Assembly (NCBI GenBank): GCA_964618075.1
Contig: CAZTZO010000007.1
Coordinates: forward strand, 1-40,000
Reading direction: 5' to 3'
Source: an uncultured Lachnospiraceae bacterium
GTDB taxonomy: Bacteria; Bacillota; Clostridia; Eubacteriales; Anaerofustaceae
DNA: 40,000 bases
Made by a program: the position numbers and the translations under genes. Below, piece after piece: positions 16,250 through 26,842 of the stretch; position 1 is the first letter of the stretch; each line of letters starts with the position of its first letter. Below the pieces are notes generated by a model. That model ran no database searches. It worked only from the letters and a program-made list of their open reading frames with translations, and was not told the origin of the DNA.

Positions 16250-17384
16250 CGCACTTAGCATATATATCCATATACCCTACTGTGCTTCAAAATGCAGCTA
16301 CTGCGATTTTTTTTCGCTTGCAGGTTCAGACGACACTATCCAAAATTATTTTGACGCGCTTAAAAAGGAAATAAAACACAGCTACGCATCCCTTGACAAG
16401 CGAGGAATCGACACTATATATATCGGAGGGGGAACTCCCTCGTATGTAAATGAAAAATATATCGCAGATACGCTTGATTGTGTCTGTGACGTTTTTCATT
16501 TGAGCGAAAACTGCGAGATATCCATTGAATCAAACCCAAACTCGCTTTCAAAGCAAAAGTGTATCTCCTACAAGCATAGCGGAGTAAACCGAATAAGTCT
16601 GGGAGTACAGGCAATAAGGAATTCAACTCTTAAAAGGATAGGAAGGATACATACCTTTGAGGATATACAAAAAGCCGTAAGCAATATTAAGGATACCGGC
16701 TTTGATAACTTCAACTTCGATTTGATGGCATCTCTTCCTCTTCAGGGAAAGGACGAATTCACAAAAGCTTTGGAATGGTGTGTATCCTCTAAGCCCTCTC
16801 ACATAAGCGCCTATTCGCTTACTCTGGAAAAGGGCACTAAAATGTACGACGAGTACGAAAGCGGCAAATACACACAAAACGACGATATCGACAGACAGAT
16901 GTACGCGCTTACTAATGAGATACTCAGTAAACACGGCTTTTACAGATACGAAATATCAAACTATGCGCTTAAAGGATATGAGTGCCGCCATAATTTAAAC
17001 TGCTGGAATTTTTCAGACTATATCGGCTTCGGAAGCGCCGCATGCTCCTTTTATAACAACAAACGCATACAAAACGAAAATGATATCATAAGCTATATAA
17101 ATAGAATAAATAACGGTATTTATCTAACCGATTCCTCCCTTATCGAACAAAGTCCTCCAAACGTGCTTTACTCGGAATACATGATGCTGGGCCTAAGAAA
17201 AACCTCCGGTGTAAACATAAAAGATTTCTGTGAACACTTCAATACACCCTTCCCGAAAAAATTTTCCTCTCAGGCAAAGCTCTTTGAGAAAGAGGGGCTG
17301 GTTAGCTGTGAAAACGGCAAAATAGCCTTAAGCGACAGGGGTCTGGATTTTGCTAATTATGTAATGAGAGGTTTTTTTGATTAA
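16242..17384 (+). CDS. hemW: Radical SAM heme chaperone HemW (coproporphyrinogen III oxidase-like)
   Basis: It carries the radical-SAM motif [10 protein letters not shown] and the GGGTPS motif. Length is 380 aa. An 8-nt overlap with the lepA stop reproduces the Firmicute lepA-hemN/hemW synteny. Confidence 0.92.
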   Translation: MNDALSIYIHIPYCASKCSYCDFFSLAGSDDTIQNYFDALKKEIKHSYASLDKRGIDTIYIGGGTPSYVNEKYIADTLDCVCDVFHLSENCEISIESNPNSLSKQKCISYKHSGVNRISLGVQAIRNSTLKRIGRIHTFEDIQKAVSNIKDTGFDNFNFDLMASLPLQGKDEFTKALEWCVSSKPSHISAYSLTLEKGTKMYDEYESGKYTQNDDIDRQMYALTNEILSKHGFYRYEISNYALKGYECRHNLNCWNFSDYIGFGSAACSFYNNKRIQNENDIISYINRINNGIYLTDSSLIEQSPPNVLYSEYMMLGLRKTSGVNIKDFCEHFNTPFPKKFSSQAKLFEKEGLVSCENGKIALSDRGLDFANYVMRGFFD

Positions 17385-17468
17385 AACATTATTAATATAG
17401 CCATTTATGTATTTTATTTCGCTAAATCACTTGACAATGACCGCGTATAATGATAAATTTATTGCATG

Positions 17469-17495
17469 TTAGCACTCAATACATCAGAGTGCTAA
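17469..17495 (+). promoter_or_regulatory. CIRCE element (HrcA operator) in front of hrcA
   Basis: TTAGCACTC (17469-17477), N9, GAGTGCTAA (17487-17495) is a perfect match to the CIRCE consensus inverted repeat. A TTGACA at 17431-17436 lies upstream. The partner -10 is ambiguous: TATAAT at 17446-17451 is too close, and TAAATT at 17454-17459 has 17-nt spacing. Confidence 0.93.
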
Positions 17496-17512
17496 CAAAA
17501 AGGGGTTTTGAT

Positions 17513-18556
17513 ATGAACAAGGAAGACAGAAAGTTCGATATACTGTATTCAATAATAAAAGACTATATCAAAACAGCAGAACCCGTCGGCTCGCGAACGA
17601 TAGAGAAGAAGTACAATATAGGAATATCTTCCGCTACTATCCGCAACGAGATGGCTGATTTAGAGGAGATGGGTTATCTTTTGCAGCCGCATACGTCGGC
17701 AGGCAGAATACCCTCGGATAAGGCTTACAGGCTTTATGTGGATCAGTTCATGAAGACGATGGATATAGACAGCTATATATCCAAGGACGTCAGAGAGCTT
17801 TACAACCATTACTTCGGGGAATTAAACGAAGTACTTAAAAAGACGGCTCAGGTGCTTACGAAGCTGACAAACCTGACTTCTCTTATCACGATGCCGAATA
17901 TGTCCGGATTAAATATTAAGGATATACGAATAATACCGATAGAAAAAGAGAGAATACTGCTTGTCGTAATAACCAAGCAGGGTATAGTCAGAAACACTGA
18001 GCTTCGCTTAAGCTACGAAGCAGCGCAGGAAAGCCTTGACAAGCTTACAAATTTTCTGAACTTGTGCATAAACGACTTGCACGCGGAAATAGCGATTGCA
18101 AACTTCACTCAGGCAATAGACCAGCTGACCCCGCCCGAGCAAAAGATACTATCTGAAATAGTCGAAGCAATAAAAGTGATTTTCTCCGAGCAGAAGGAAT
18201 CAACAGTATATTCCAACGGCATAACGGAGATATTCAGATATCCGGAATTTCGCAACGATATGGATAAGGCGAAGAATTTTTTGGAGGCTCTGCACAGACA
18301 GGATTTACTCGCTCACTTATTTACGATAGCCGAAAACGACAGCGTAAATATTAGGATAGGCAACGAAAACGGCTGCGACGAGCTTGCAGACTGCTCTGTG
18401 GTGAGCGCAACATACAAGCTCAACGGAAGACCCATAGGCACAGTCGGAATAGTCGGGCCGACAAGGATTGATTACGACTACTGTGTTTCGGTGCTCAACG
18501 CAATGACAAAGGAGCTGACGAATCACCTTAACGAATCGATTGGAGGAAAAGACTGA
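17513..18556 (+). CDS. hrcA: Heat-inducible transcription repressor HrcA
   Basis: The N-terminal winged-helix motif is ILYSIIKDYIKTAEPVGSRTI. The start is placed at the ATG at 17513, after the CIRCE element and an AAAGGGG RBS. The track ORF start at 17450 would read through CIRCE. Confidence 0.94.
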   Translation: MNKEDRKFDILYSIIKDYIKTAEPVGSRTIEKKYNIGISSATIRNEMADLEEMGYLLQPHTSAGRIPSDKAYRLYVDQFMKTMDIDSYISKDVRELYNHYFGELNEVLKKTAQVLTKLTNLTSLITMPNMSGLNIKDIRIIPIEKERILLVVITKQGIVRNTELRLSYEAAQESLDKLTNFLNLCINDLHAEIAIANFTQAIDQLTPPEQKILSEIVEAIKVIFSEQKESTVYSNGITEIFRYPEFRNDMDKAKNFLEALHRQDLLAHLFTIAENDSVNIRIGNENGCDELADCSVVSATYKLNGRPIGTVGIVGPTRIDYDYCVSVLNAMTKELTNHLNESIGGKD

Positions 18557-18558
18557 AA

Positions 18559-19131
18559 TTGGATAAAAACGAAGAGAAGATTCTCGACGAGGAGCTTGAT
18601 AAAATACTTGCCGATGACGAGTGTGAAGAGGTTCAAAGCGAGGAATTCGAATCTCAGCAAGAACAGACAAATAAGGAAAATGACTCAGACAAGCTTAAAC
18701 AATTGGAAGAAAAGCTCAAGGAAGCCGAGGACAAATACTTAAGGCTTTACGCCGATTTCGAAAACTTTCGTAAACGCTCTTTAAAGGAAAAAACAGACGC
18801 TCTTATATATGCTTCATCTCCCATTATGGAAAAGCTTATAAATGTAGTCGATAATTTCGACAGAGCGCTGACAGACAGCGAGGACGACAGCCCGCTTTGC
18901 GAAGGAATGAAGATGGTGCAAAAGCAGCTGAATGAAATATTGTCCAGCGAGGGCTTGAAGGAAATAAAAACCACGGGCGAACAATTCGACCCGAATATAC
19001 ACAACGCGGTAATGGTTGAAAACAACGCGGACGTGCCCGACGAGCAGATCGTAAACGAGCTGCAAAAAGGTTACGTCTATAAAGATAAAGTAATAAGACC
19101 GTCCATGGTCACGGTCAATAAACACGAATAA
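18559..19131 (+). CDS. grpE: Nucleotide exchange factor GrpE (TTG start)
   Basis: An acidic N-terminus is followed by a GrpE core ([14 protein letters not shown]...FDPNIHNAV). The start codon at 18559 is TTG, with GGAGG upstream. It sits between hrcA and dnaK. Confidence 0.93.
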   Translation: MDKNEEKILDEELDKILADDECEEVQSEEFESQQEQTNKENDSDKLKQLEEKLKEAEDKYLRLYADFENFRKRSLKEKTDALIYASSPIMEKLINVVDNFDRALTDSEDDSPLCEGMKMVQKQLNEILSSEGLKEIKTTGEQFDPNIHNAVMVENNADVPDEQIVNELQKGYVYKDKVIRPSMVTVNKHE

Positions 19132-19148
19132 TCAGGAGGATAAATATC

Positions 19149-21029
19149 ATGGGCAAAGAAAAAATCATAGGCATCGACTTAGGAACGACAAATTCATGCG
19201 TAGCGGTAATGGAGGGCGGAGAGGCTGTAGTTATACCAAACTCAGAGGGCGCCAGAACAACTCCCTCCGTGGTAGCCTTTACAAAGGACAATGAAAGATT
19301 AGTCGGTCAGGTGGCAAAGCACCAGGCTGTAACAAACCCCGATCGAACTATCAGCTCCATAAAACGTGAAATGGGAAGCTCTTACAAGGTAAATATAGAC
19401 AATAAAAGCTATACTCCCCAGGAAATAAGCGCAATGGTTCTGCAAAAATTAAAGAAGGACGCGGAAAGCTATATCGGCGAGAGCGTAACAAAAGCCGTCA
19501 TCACCGTACCTGCATACTTTTCGGATTCACAGCGTCAGGCTACAAAGGACGCAGGCAAAATAGCCGGTCTTGAGGTTCTTCGTATAATAAACGAACCGAC
19601 GGCGGCGGCACTTGCTTACGGACTTGACAAGGGAGAGAACCAAAAGGTAATGGTCTACGACCTTGGCGGCGGCACATTTGATGTATCTATACTTGAGCTC
19701 GGAGACGGCGTATTCGAGGTACTTGCCACAAGCGGCAACAACCGTCTGGGCGGCGACGATTTCGACGAAAGACTTATGAACTATCTTATCGACGAATTCA
19801 AGAAATCGACGGGTGTAGATCTCTCAGGCGACAAAATGGCTGTACAAAGACTCAAGGAGGCTGCGGAGAAGGCAAAGATAGAGCTTTCAAGCGCAACGAC
19901 TACAAACGTCAACCTTCCGTTTATCACAGCCACGGCAGACGGCCCGAAGCATTTGGATATTACTGTAACGAGAGCGAAATTTGAAAGTCTCATCGAAGAC
20001 CTTATCGAAAAGACGACAGAGCCTGTCAAGAAGGCTATAGCAGACTCAAAGCTTTCAGTAAACGATATAAGTAAGGTAATACTTGTCGGCGGCTCCACGA
20101 GAGTTCCCGCAGTACAGGAAGCTGTAAAGAACATAACCCAGAAGGAAGCCTTTAAGGGTATAAACCCCGATGAATGTGTAGCTATAGGCGCCGCAATACA
20201 GGGTGGTGTGCTTGCAGGTGATGTAAAGGACGTTCTTCTTCTGGACGTAACTCCCCTTTCGCTCGGAATCGAAACGCTCGGCGGAGTATTTACAAAGCTT
20301 ATCGACAGAAACACGACTATACCTACAAAGAAGAGCCAGGTATTCTCGACGGCGGCAGACAATCAGACCGCAGTTGACATACATGTCTTGCAGGGCGAAA
20401 GAAAAATGGCATCCGACAACAAAACTCTCGGACGCTTCCAGCTGGCAGGTATAGCAATGGCACCCAGAGGTATTCCTCAGATAGAGGTGACCTTCGACAT
20501 CGACGCAAACGGTATTGTCAGCGTGTCGGCAAAGGATATGGCGACAAACAACGTACAGAACGTCGTGATACAGTCCTCAACCAACATGAACGAAGAGGAC
20601 ATCAACAAGGCTGTTTCCGACGCTGAGAAATTCGCAGATGAGGATACAAAGAAGGAAGAGCTTATAACCGCACGCAACACTGCGGACAGCACAATATATC
20701 AGACTGAGAAATCCTTAAAGGACGCAGGCGACAAAGCCACCGAAAGCGAAAAACAGGCTGTTACCGATGCCATAGCCAAGCTTAAGGAAGCAATGAACAA
20801 CGACGACGCACTTGCTATAAAGGACGCAAGCGAAAAGGTCACGGAGTCCTTCTATCCGATAGCACAGAAGATGTACGCTCAAAACGGCGCACAGCCGAAT
20901 CAGGAGCAGGGCTCAACTCAGCAGGACTTTTCTCAGGGACAGCAGCAAAACAACGAAAATAACGAAAACAACAATAACGATGACAACGTAGTAGACGCGG
21001 ATTACGAGGTTGTCGACGACGACAAATAA
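19149..21029 (+). CDS. dnaK: Molecular chaperone DnaK (Hsp70)
   Basis: Hsp70 signatures are [18 protein letters not shown] and [13 protein letters not shown]. The RBS is AGGAGG. Length is 626 aa, with a Q/N/D-rich C-terminal tail. Confidence 0.98.
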   Translation: MGKEKIIGIDLGTTNSCVAVMEGGEAVVIPNSEGARTTPSVVAFTKDNERLVGQVAKHQAVTNPDRTISSIKREMGSSYKVNIDNKSYTPQEISAMVLQKLKKDAESYIGESVTKAVITVPAYFSDSQRQATKDAGKIAGLEVLRIINEPTAAALAYGLDKGENQKVMVYDLGGGTFDVSILELGDGVFEVLATSGNNRLGGDDFDERLMNYLIDEFKKSTGVDLSGDKMAVQRLKEAAEKAKIELSSATTTNVNLPFITATADGPKHLDITVTRAKFESLIEDLIEKTTEPVKKAIADSKLSVNDISKVILVGGSTRVPAVQEAVKNITQKEAFKGINPDECVAIGAAIQGGVLAGDVKDVLLLDVTPLSLGIETLGGVFTKLIDRNTTIPTKKSQVFSTAADNQTAVDIHVLQGERKMASDNKTLGRFQLAGIAMAPRGIPQIEVTFDIDANGIVSVSAKDMATNNVQNVVIQSSTNMNEEDINKAVSDAEKFADEDTKKEELITARNTADSTIYQTEKSLKDAGDKATESEKQAVTDAIAKLKEAMNNDDALAIKDASEKVTESFYPIAQKMYAQNGAQPNQEQGSTQQDFSQGQQQNNENNENNNNDDNVVDADYEVVDDDK

Positions 21030-21056
21030 TTAAGGCTGTTAGGAGGATTCTGCCAA

Positions 21057-22202
21057 GTGTCCAAACGCGATTATTACGAGGTTCTCGGCGTAGATAAAAA
21101 TGCGTCTGCAGATGAGATAAAAAAAGCATACAGAAAGCTTGCCATGAAATATCACCCGGACAAAAACCCGGGTGATAAGGCGGCAGAAGAAAAATTCAAA
21201 GAACTCAACGAAGCATACGAGATTCTCAACAACGAGGATAACCGCGCGCGTTATGACCAGTACGGTCACGCAGGATTTGAACAAAACGGCGGTAATCCTT
21301 ATTCGGGTTTCTCGGGCTTTTCGGGCTTTTCAGGAGGAGATTACTCGGATATATTCGGAGATATATTTAATATGTTCGGCGGCGGAGGAGGCTTTTCTTC
21401 GAACGGCTCATCTCAGAGAAGCGGCCCGAAAAAGGGAAGCGATCTCAGAGTCAATATAAACATTAGCTTCGAGGAGGCTGCTTTCGGCTGTGAAAAGAAA
21501 ATTAAAATGAGCCGCAAGGAAACCTGCTCGGAATGCTCCGGCTCAGGAGCTAAAAAAGGCACCAGCCCAAAGACGTGCCCTACCTGCGGCGGCAGCGGAC
21601 AAATTCGTGTAAATCAGAAAAGCATACTCGGAATGATGCAGACTGTGCGTACCTGTGACACATGCGGCGGAAGCGGGACAGTAATAGACTCGCCGTGCCC
21701 AAAATGCTCAGGTACAGGAAGCGAAAAGGTAGTAAGACAGATTACCGTAAAGATACCGGCAGGCGTTGATACGGGAAGTGTGCTTCCCTTAAGAGGCGAA
21801 GGCAACGCCGGAACAAAGGGAGGAAGAAGCGGCGACGTATATATTGTCATTAACGTAAAGCCGCACGAATACTTTGTCAGAGAGGGTACCGACGTAAGAC
21901 TCGATATACCCATTTCCTTCGTTGACGCAGCTCTCGGCTGTGAGCTTAAAATACCGACATTAGACGGAACGGTCAAGCTCAAAATACCAGAGGGCACGCA
22001 AAATTCTACGGTATTTAAGCTCAAAAACAAGGGCATAACAAATATAAACGGCTACGGCAAGGGCAGCCAGTATGTGACAGTAAACGTCGAAATACCGACA
22101 AAACTAAACTCAAAACAAAAAGCCGCGCTTAAGGGCTTTGCCGAAACTAATAACGATGAGACCTTCCAAAGAACGACATCGTTTTGGAGAAATATAAAAT
22201 AA
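21057..22202 (+). CDS. dnaJ: Molecular chaperone DnaJ (GTG start)
   Basis: The J-domain is DYYEVLGV...KYHPDKN. A G/F-rich linker follows, then four CxxCxGxG zinc-finger repeats ([32 protein letters not shown]). AGGAGG lies 10 nt before the GTG. Confidence 0.97.
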   Translation: MSKRDYYEVLGVDKNASADEIKKAYRKLAMKYHPDKNPGDKAAEEKFKELNEAYEILNNEDNRARYDQYGHAGFEQNGGNPYSGFSGFSGFSGGDYSDIFGDIFNMFGGGGGFSSNGSSQRSGPKKGSDLRVNINISFEEAAFGCEKKIKMSRKETCSECSGSGAKKGTSPKTCPTCGGSGQIRVNQKSILGMMQTVRTCDTCGGSGTVIDSPCPKCSGTGSEKVVRQITVKIPAGVDTGSVLPLRGEGNAGTKGGRSGDVYIVINVKPHEYFVREGTDVRLDIPISFVDAALGCELKIPTLDGTVKLKIPEGTQNSTVFKLKNKGITNINGYGKGSQYVTVNVEIPTKLNSKQKAALKGFAETNNDETFQRTTSFWRNIK

Positions 22203-22213
22203 TCTATTACATT

Positions 22214-22260
22214 AAAGACTGCTACATGCTTAAAAGAAGTATAAGCGGTCTTTTGTTTTT
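22214..22260 (+). terminator. Probable terminator of the hrcA-grpE-dnaK-dnaJ operon
   Basis: A 9-bp stem AAAGACTGC (22214-22222) / GCGGTCTTT (22245-22253) includes one G-U pair. TGTTTTT follows. The 22-nt loop is long, which lowers confidence. Confidence 0.5.
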
Positions 22261-22313
22261 ATGTAAAAAGCTGTTATAATTCATTAAACGTTTATATAAG
22301 GGAAGTGCAGTAA

Positions 22314-22877
22314 ATGGAAAATACCGACAAGCTTAAGGAAGAGGAAATATCAACAGAGGAAATATTTAAGGGCAGACTTGTGCATCTTTTCAGAGCCACG
22401 GTAAAGCTTCCGAACGGCAACACTTCAACGCGCGAATACATGGAGCATCCAGGCGCAGTAGCCGTGATACCCATAGACGACAAAGGTAATATCACGTTTG
22501 TCAGACAATACCGCTATCCACTAAAGAGAGTTTCTCTTGAGGTTCCGGCAGGCAAGCTTGAAAAAGGCGAAGAGGTCGAAGCATGCGCTAAACGTGAGCT
22601 TTCTGAGGAAACGGGGATAGAAGCAAAGGAAATGAAGTATCTCGGCTGTTTTTTACCGAGCGTTGCGGTTTCTGACGAGCTTATCCACATATATACGGCA
22701 ACCGGGCTTTCCTACGGCAAAGCGCATACCGACGAGGATGAATTTATAGATCTTGTGAAAATACCTATGCAAAAAGCTCTTGAAATGGTTGAAAACGGCG
22801 ATATTCTCGATGGCAAGACGCAAATTGCACTGCTTAGAGCTAATAGATGCATATCAAAACAAGGATTATCGTTTTAA
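22314..22877 (+). CDS. nudF: NUDIX hydrolase, ADP-ribose pyrophosphatase type
   Basis: The NUDIX box is GKLEKGEEVEACAKRELSEETG. The ADPRase-like N-terminus is IFKGRLVHL...V.LPNG...REY..HPGAVAVIP. An extended -10 element (TGTTATAAT) lies about 35 nt upstream. Confidence 0.85.
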   Translation: MENTDKLKEEEISTEEIFKGRLVHLFRATVKLPNGNTSTREYMEHPGAVAVIPIDDKGNITFVRQYRYPLKRVSLEVPAGKLEKGEEVEACAKRELSEETGIEAKEMKYLGCFLPSVAVSDELIHIYTATGLSYGKAHTDEDEFIDLVKIPMQKALEMVENGDILDGKTQIALLRANRCISKQGLSF

Positions 22878-22937
22878 ATAAAAGATTCACTTCATTATCG
22901 AATCCTTAGTAACATAGTTTATATTTGCCTTACGCGC

Positions 22938-23620
22938 CTAAGTGTGCTGTAGGGCTCTTTTTATCCTGTACATTTTTCCGTCCTTACGAAAGAATGCTCC
23001 CGTCTGCTTGAAATGAAAGGATACTCCCGAAGCAATGCACTGATTTCTTAATGAAAGTATCCAGTCGTAATCGCAAACTCGTGCTTTTTCTCCGCTCTCC
23101 CCTCCCGCCACGACCTGAGATATATTCTGACTCAAGTATTCGGAAATATCGACCTTTTCCAAAAGGGGCTCGCATACTATGCATTTACGCTTTATAGGAA
23201 GTGAAAGATAAATAGGCAGACGGTAATTCGCCATAGCTTGGTTTTCCACGGTGCAGCATATCGTCACGTTATCGTATCCGTCCCCCAGTCCTGCGGAAGG
23301 CTTACGTTAAAGCGGTCTATTCTCTTGGTTATCATAAGAAAATCAAGATCGCTCCTCTGTTTTATCATCTGCCACGCTTTTTTTCGCATTTCGTCTGCGT
23401 CCTTATGAAAAAAATCCGACGAAAAGCACGTATATACCACATCGGGAGCTTTTATTTTATAGTTACCGAAGCGATCCCTTCTTATGGGCATATCGAACGA
23501 AAGCGTTTTTGTAAGAATCGAAGCGTCACGCTCATACCTTGCGTCCATGCGGTAAACATAGCAGTTTTCACAGCCCGGGCTTATCTTTGTGCAGCCGTGC
23601 CATGGATTCCAGTTGCTCAT
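22938..23620 (-). pseudogene. DUF5131 / phage Gp37-Gp68 family protein, frameshifted at a homopolymer (two ORFs 23264..23620 and 22938..23267)
   Basis: The N-terminal fragment has the family hallmark WNPWHGCTKISPGCENCY. The C-terminal fragment has VVAGGESG...DWILSLRNQCIASGVSFHFKQTG. The frames switch at the C5 run at 23282-23286 (G5 on the coding strand). One extra G would give the continuous reading LPQDWGDGYDNVTICCTVENQ. Confidence 0.8.
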
Positions 23621-24691
23621 TTAGAAATCCTCGATTATTTCTTTGGAAAGCTCGCTTATGATAGCCTTTGCAAGGCTTACTGCGTTAAGGTAATCCTCAT
23701 AGTTCGCTATGCATGAAGGGCTGTGCGTATATCTTACGGGTATGCCTATGACTATCGTGGGAATACCGTTTTTTTCCGTGTGTATGCTTAAAGCGTCTGT
23801 CATACTCCCTGTGCGTACGGCGGTCTGTACGGGTATATCGTATTTATCAGCAACACTTAGAGCAAAGCGCATAAAGGCGGGATTTGTTATCATTCCTCCG
23901 TCTATATACCTGAGCATAGGGCCAAATCCCATTTTTGTCTGTTGTGCGTAATCCTGCGCTATGGTATCGTCGGCGGGACAGCCCTCAAAGCATATTGCTA
24001 TATCGGGAAGTATCCTTCTTACAGACGCCTTCGCTCCTCTGGCTCCCACCTCCTCCTGAGAAGACAATACTCCCTTTACATTTACTTTGAGATTTTCGCC
24101 TTCAAGCCTGTTTATCGTTTCTATAAGCGCCGCGCATCCCAAGCGGCAATCAAACGCTTTGCCTATGAGCGTACCTGTCTGTTCGTTTATCTTGCATATA
24201 GTCGAAAAACCGGCCGGCTCGCCCATTTGGACATGATATGTTTCTTTAGTCTGAGAAGCACTTATTGAGCCGATATCTATACATAGCTCTGTGTCTTTTA
24301 TAAAGGAAGCGTTTTTATCATAGTGAGGTGATACTGTGGAAATGACCGCACTTAAGTATTCACCCTGAGTATTTCTTACAACAAGCTCGCTTGAAGCAAG
24401 GCATTCCTTGGAAATAGGCCCGAGAGTAACAAATCCGAGAGTTCCGTCCGGTTTGACAGAATGTATCATAAAGCCCACCTCGTCACTGTGAGCATCAAGC
24501 ATGACTGTAGGGTATGTTTCGTTTTGTTCATAAGGAAAGATATAAAAGTTTTTCATTTTGTCGGTGAAGGTATCGTAAAATGTTACATACTGTCTCGCCG
24601 CTTTTATAACCTCATCTTCAAAACCGCTTGGCCCGAATGCGTCACAAAGGTGCGCTATCATTTCATAGTTTTGCTTATCTGTATTTTTCAT
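23621..24691 (-). CDS. M42 family metallopeptidase (glutamyl aminopeptidase / CelM-FrvX-like)
   Basis: Motifs are MLDAHSDEVGFMI, SSQEEVGARGA and CFEGCPADD. The start is placed at the ATG at 24691 (AAGAGG, 9 nt upstream), giving 356 aa. The 55-aa extension in the track ORF looks non-coding. Its stop abuts the DUF5131 start (TAA-ATG). Confidence 0.88.
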   Translation of the reverse strand: MKNTDKQNYEMIAHLCDAFGPSGFEDEVIKAARQYVTFYDTFTDKMKNFYIFPYEQNETYPTVMLDAHSDEVGFMIHSVKPDGTLGFVTLGPISKECLASSELVVRNTQGEYLSAVISTVSPHYDKNASFIKDTELCIDIGSISASQTKETYHVQMGEPAGFSTICKINEQTGTLIGKAFDCRLGCAALIETINRLEGENLKVNVKGVLSSQEEVGARGAKASVRRILPDIAICFEGCPADDTIAQDYAQQTKMGFGPMLRYIDGGMITNPAFMRFALSVADKYDIPVQTAVRTGSMTDALSIHTEKNGIPTIVIGIPVRYTHSPSCIANYEDYLNAVSLAKAIISELSKEIIEDF

Positions 24692-24754
24692 AACAACATG
24701 CCTCTTTATTTTATTGATTAATCGGATTATAACATAAAGTGTAATCATTTTCCC

Positions 24755-24783
24755 TTGACACGAGTACGATTTACATATAAAAT
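24755..24783 (+). promoter_or_regulatory. Sigma-A-type promoter of the xpaC-telA-lemA-like-TPM operon
   Basis: TTGACA (24755-24760), 17 nt, TAAAAT (24778-24783). Confidence 0.55.
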
Positions 24784-24855
24784 TCAAGTATATACGGAAA
24801 TTTTCGACAAGCGACTTTTCAGATGAGCGAAAATTATCTTTAAGTGAGGTTTGCA

Positions 24856-25575
24856 TTGGAAAAAAAATCAGTTAAATCCAACCTGCCCATTTTGTTTTTA
24901 GGCGCAACATGGGTATTATACGCTATTATATTCCCGCTATACAGACTAAGCGATTTTCTTATCGTTCTTGTAGCCTCGCTCGCGGTGTTTTTCGTTACCG
25001 GCAAGCTTATCCCCAACACGTATGTGATGGTCGAAAAGGCTCCGATAAAAGCCTCGACAGGCAATGAAAAGCTCGATACTCTCATCAATGAAGCAAACGG
25101 CTACATAAGCAATATTCGTAAAGCAAATGACCGTATAGCAGACGAGGGCGTATCGCAAAAAATTACTCAGATAGAAAATATCACCACAAAGATATTCGAG
25201 TACGTGGCGAAGAACCCCGACACTCTGCCGAACGTAAGAAGATTTATTTCCTACTACCTTCCCACCACATTAAAGCTGCTCGACGCATACGCTGAGCTTG
25301 CCTCTCAGGGCGTACAGACGGCAAATATAACGACTATAATGAAAAAGATAGACGATTCACTTTCAACGGTAAAGGAAGCGTTCGAAAAACAGTATGACAG
25401 CTTATACGACTACAAGGCAATGGATATCTCAAGCGAAATATCCGTGTTTGAGGATATACTCTCAAGCGAAGGTCTTATAAAGAATAAGTCTGACGGAAGC
25501 GGTATTACGCTTACTCTTGAGGGAATCAATAATGACGCCGAAGCTATAAAGGTACCCGAAGAAACGATAAAATAA
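24856..25575 (+). CDS. xpaC: XpaC-like protein (5-bromo-4-chloroindolyl phosphate hydrolysis protein family); two N-terminal TM helices
   Basis: Two TM helices (ILFLGATWVLYAIIF, LIVLVASLAVFFVTG) are followed by a helical cytoplasmic domain. The position directly upstream of a TelA/YaaN homologue matches B. subtilis xpaC-yaaN. I prefer the TTG start at 24856 (GAGG, 6 nt upstream). The track's GTG at 24844 is the alternative. Confidence 0.7.
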   Translation: MEKKSVKSNLPILFLGATWVLYAIIFPLYRLSDFLIVLVASLAVFFVTGKLIPNTYVMVEKAPIKASTGNEKLDTLINEANGYISNIRKANDRIADEGVSQKITQIENITTKIFEYVAKNPDTLPNVRRFISYYLPTTLKLLDAYAELASQGVQTANITTIMKKIDDSLSTVKEAFEKQYDSLYDYKAMDISSEISVFEDILSSEGLIKNKSDGSGITLTLEGINNDAEAIKVPEETIK

Positions 25576-25622
25576 AACGAATACTCACAAATAATATAAA
25601 TTCGAAAGGAAATTTAACTTTA

Positions 25623-26816
25623 ATGGAAGAGAAATCATTGGAATTGCAGGTAGCGCAGGACGTACCCGAGAAGGACGGAGTACCCGTACTCACTCTTGAC
25701 GACGTACCCGCAGCAAAAATCGAAACGGTCATACAGCAGGCAAACGAGCTTAGCGTACAGGATACTCCTGTTGCATCGCAAGTACAACAAGAGAGCGTAT
25801 TGACGGAAAAAGAGAAAAAGGTTGTTGACGAGTTTTCAAAGAAAATTGATATAACCAACGCAACTCTTGTTCTGCAGTACGGCACAGGCGCTCAGAAGCA
25901 CATTGCCAACTTCTCTGAGGGTGCGCTTGCAAACGTGAGAAATAAGGATATGGGAAGCGTAGGCGATATGCTCACAAATCTCGTCGTAGAATTAAAGGGC
26001 TTTAACGGCGCTGAGAAAAAGGGACTTGCCGGACTCTTCCAGAAGCCTGCCAAGGCTATAGCCAAAATGAAGGCTCAATACACAAAGGTAGAGGGCAATA
26101 TTGACGACATAGTTGAAAAGCTTGAACATCATCAGGTCACATTGCTTAAGGACATAGCTCTGTTCGGAAAAATGTACGAGATGAACACAGACTATTTCAA
26201 AGAACTTACTATGTATATCGAAGCGGGCAAGCTCAGAATAAAGCAAGCCGAGCAGGAGCTTGAGGAAATGAAGAAAAAGGCTTCTGATAGCGGAAAAACA
26301 GAAGACGCACAAGCCGTCAACGATTATTCCAACCTTATCACACGCTTCGAAAAGAGACTTTACGACCTTGAGCTTACAAGAACTATCTCACTGCAAATGG
26401 GCCCGCAGATAAGACTTTTGCAGAACAACGACTCTCTTATGGCGGAAAAGATAAACTCTTCCATAGTCAATACAATTCCTTTGTGGAAAAGCCAGATGGT
26501 GCTTGCGCTCGGTCTTGAGAACTCTCGTCAGGCGATAGAGGCTCAAAAGGCTGTCACGGAGATGACGAATCAGCTGCTTAAGGAAAATTCCGAAATGCTC
26601 AAAATGGGCACGATCGAAGCGGCGAAAGAGGGCGAGAGAGGCATCGTTGAAATAGAAACTCTTCAGAAAACGAATGAGGATCTTATCTCTACAATAGAAA
26701 GCGTGCTGCAAATACAAAAAGACGGCAAAGCAAAACGCGCGGCGGCAGAAACGCAGCTCGGACAGATTGAAAACGAACTCAAACAGAAGCTTTTACAGGT
26801 AGCTCAAAACAGCTGA
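25623..26816 (+). CDS. telA: TelA/YaaN family toxic-anion-resistance protein
   Basis: The TelA-family core is IDITNATLVLQYGTGAQK...FSEGAL...MGSVGDMLTNLVVELKGF. A long all-helical body follows. Length is 397 aa. Confidence 0.85.
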   Translation: MEEKSLELQVAQDVPEKDGVPVLTLDDVPAAKIETVIQQANELSVQDTPVASQVQQESVLTEKEKKVVDEFSKKIDITNATLVLQYGTGAQKHIANFSEGALANVRNKDMGSVGDMLTNLVVELKGFNGAEKKGLAGLFQKPAKAIAKMKAQYTKVEGNIDDIVEKLEHHQVTLLKDIALFGKMYEMNTDYFKELTMYIEAGKLRIKQAEQELEEMKKKASDSGKTEDAQAVNDYSNLITRFEKRLYDLELTRTISLQMGPQIRLLQNNDSLMAEKINSSIVNTIPLWKSQMVLALGLENSRQAIEAQKAVTEMTNQLLKENSEMLKMGTIEAAKEGERGIVEIETLQKTNEDLISTIESVLQIQKDGKAKRAAAETQLGQIENELKQKLLQVAQNS

Positions 26817-26842
26817 ATAATTTATCTAAAGCGGACAATGAT

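Noticed and set aside
19781-20692. Minus-strand ORFs inside dnaK (193 aa, 109 aa, 61 aa, 71 aa). Similar shadow ORFs occur inside argH, argG, lepA, dnaJ, argJ, argB, argC and the GPH gene.
   Set aside because: All lie antisense or out of frame within genes that have unambiguous family signatures. None has a convincing start context.
20890-21029. The Q/N/D-rich C-terminal tail of DnaK ([23 protein letters not shown]) as a possible prion-like or novel domain.
   Set aside because: DnaK C-termini are normally disordered, acidic and highly variable. This is a modest compositional variant ending in the usual acidic EVVDDDK-type terminus.
21290-21345. A 9-bp microsatellite (GGNTTTTCN x3, encoding [10 protein letters not shown]) in dnaJ.
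   Set aside because: It lies in the normal G/F-rich linker of DnaJ and is an expected low-complexity region, not a distinct feature.
24692-24856. The 55-aa N-terminal extension of the M42 peptidase ORF. Similar upstream extensions occur on hrcA (21 aa), pdp (15 aa), degV (14 aa), GPH (19 aa), GT2 (24 aa), the methyltransferase (13 aa), dfx (6 aa), argC (10 aa) and the purD-like gene (33 aa).
   Set aside because: In each case an internal ATG preceded by a good Shine-Dalgarno sequence aligns with the expected family N-terminus. The extensions also run through promoters or operators, for example the CIRCE element in front of hrcA.
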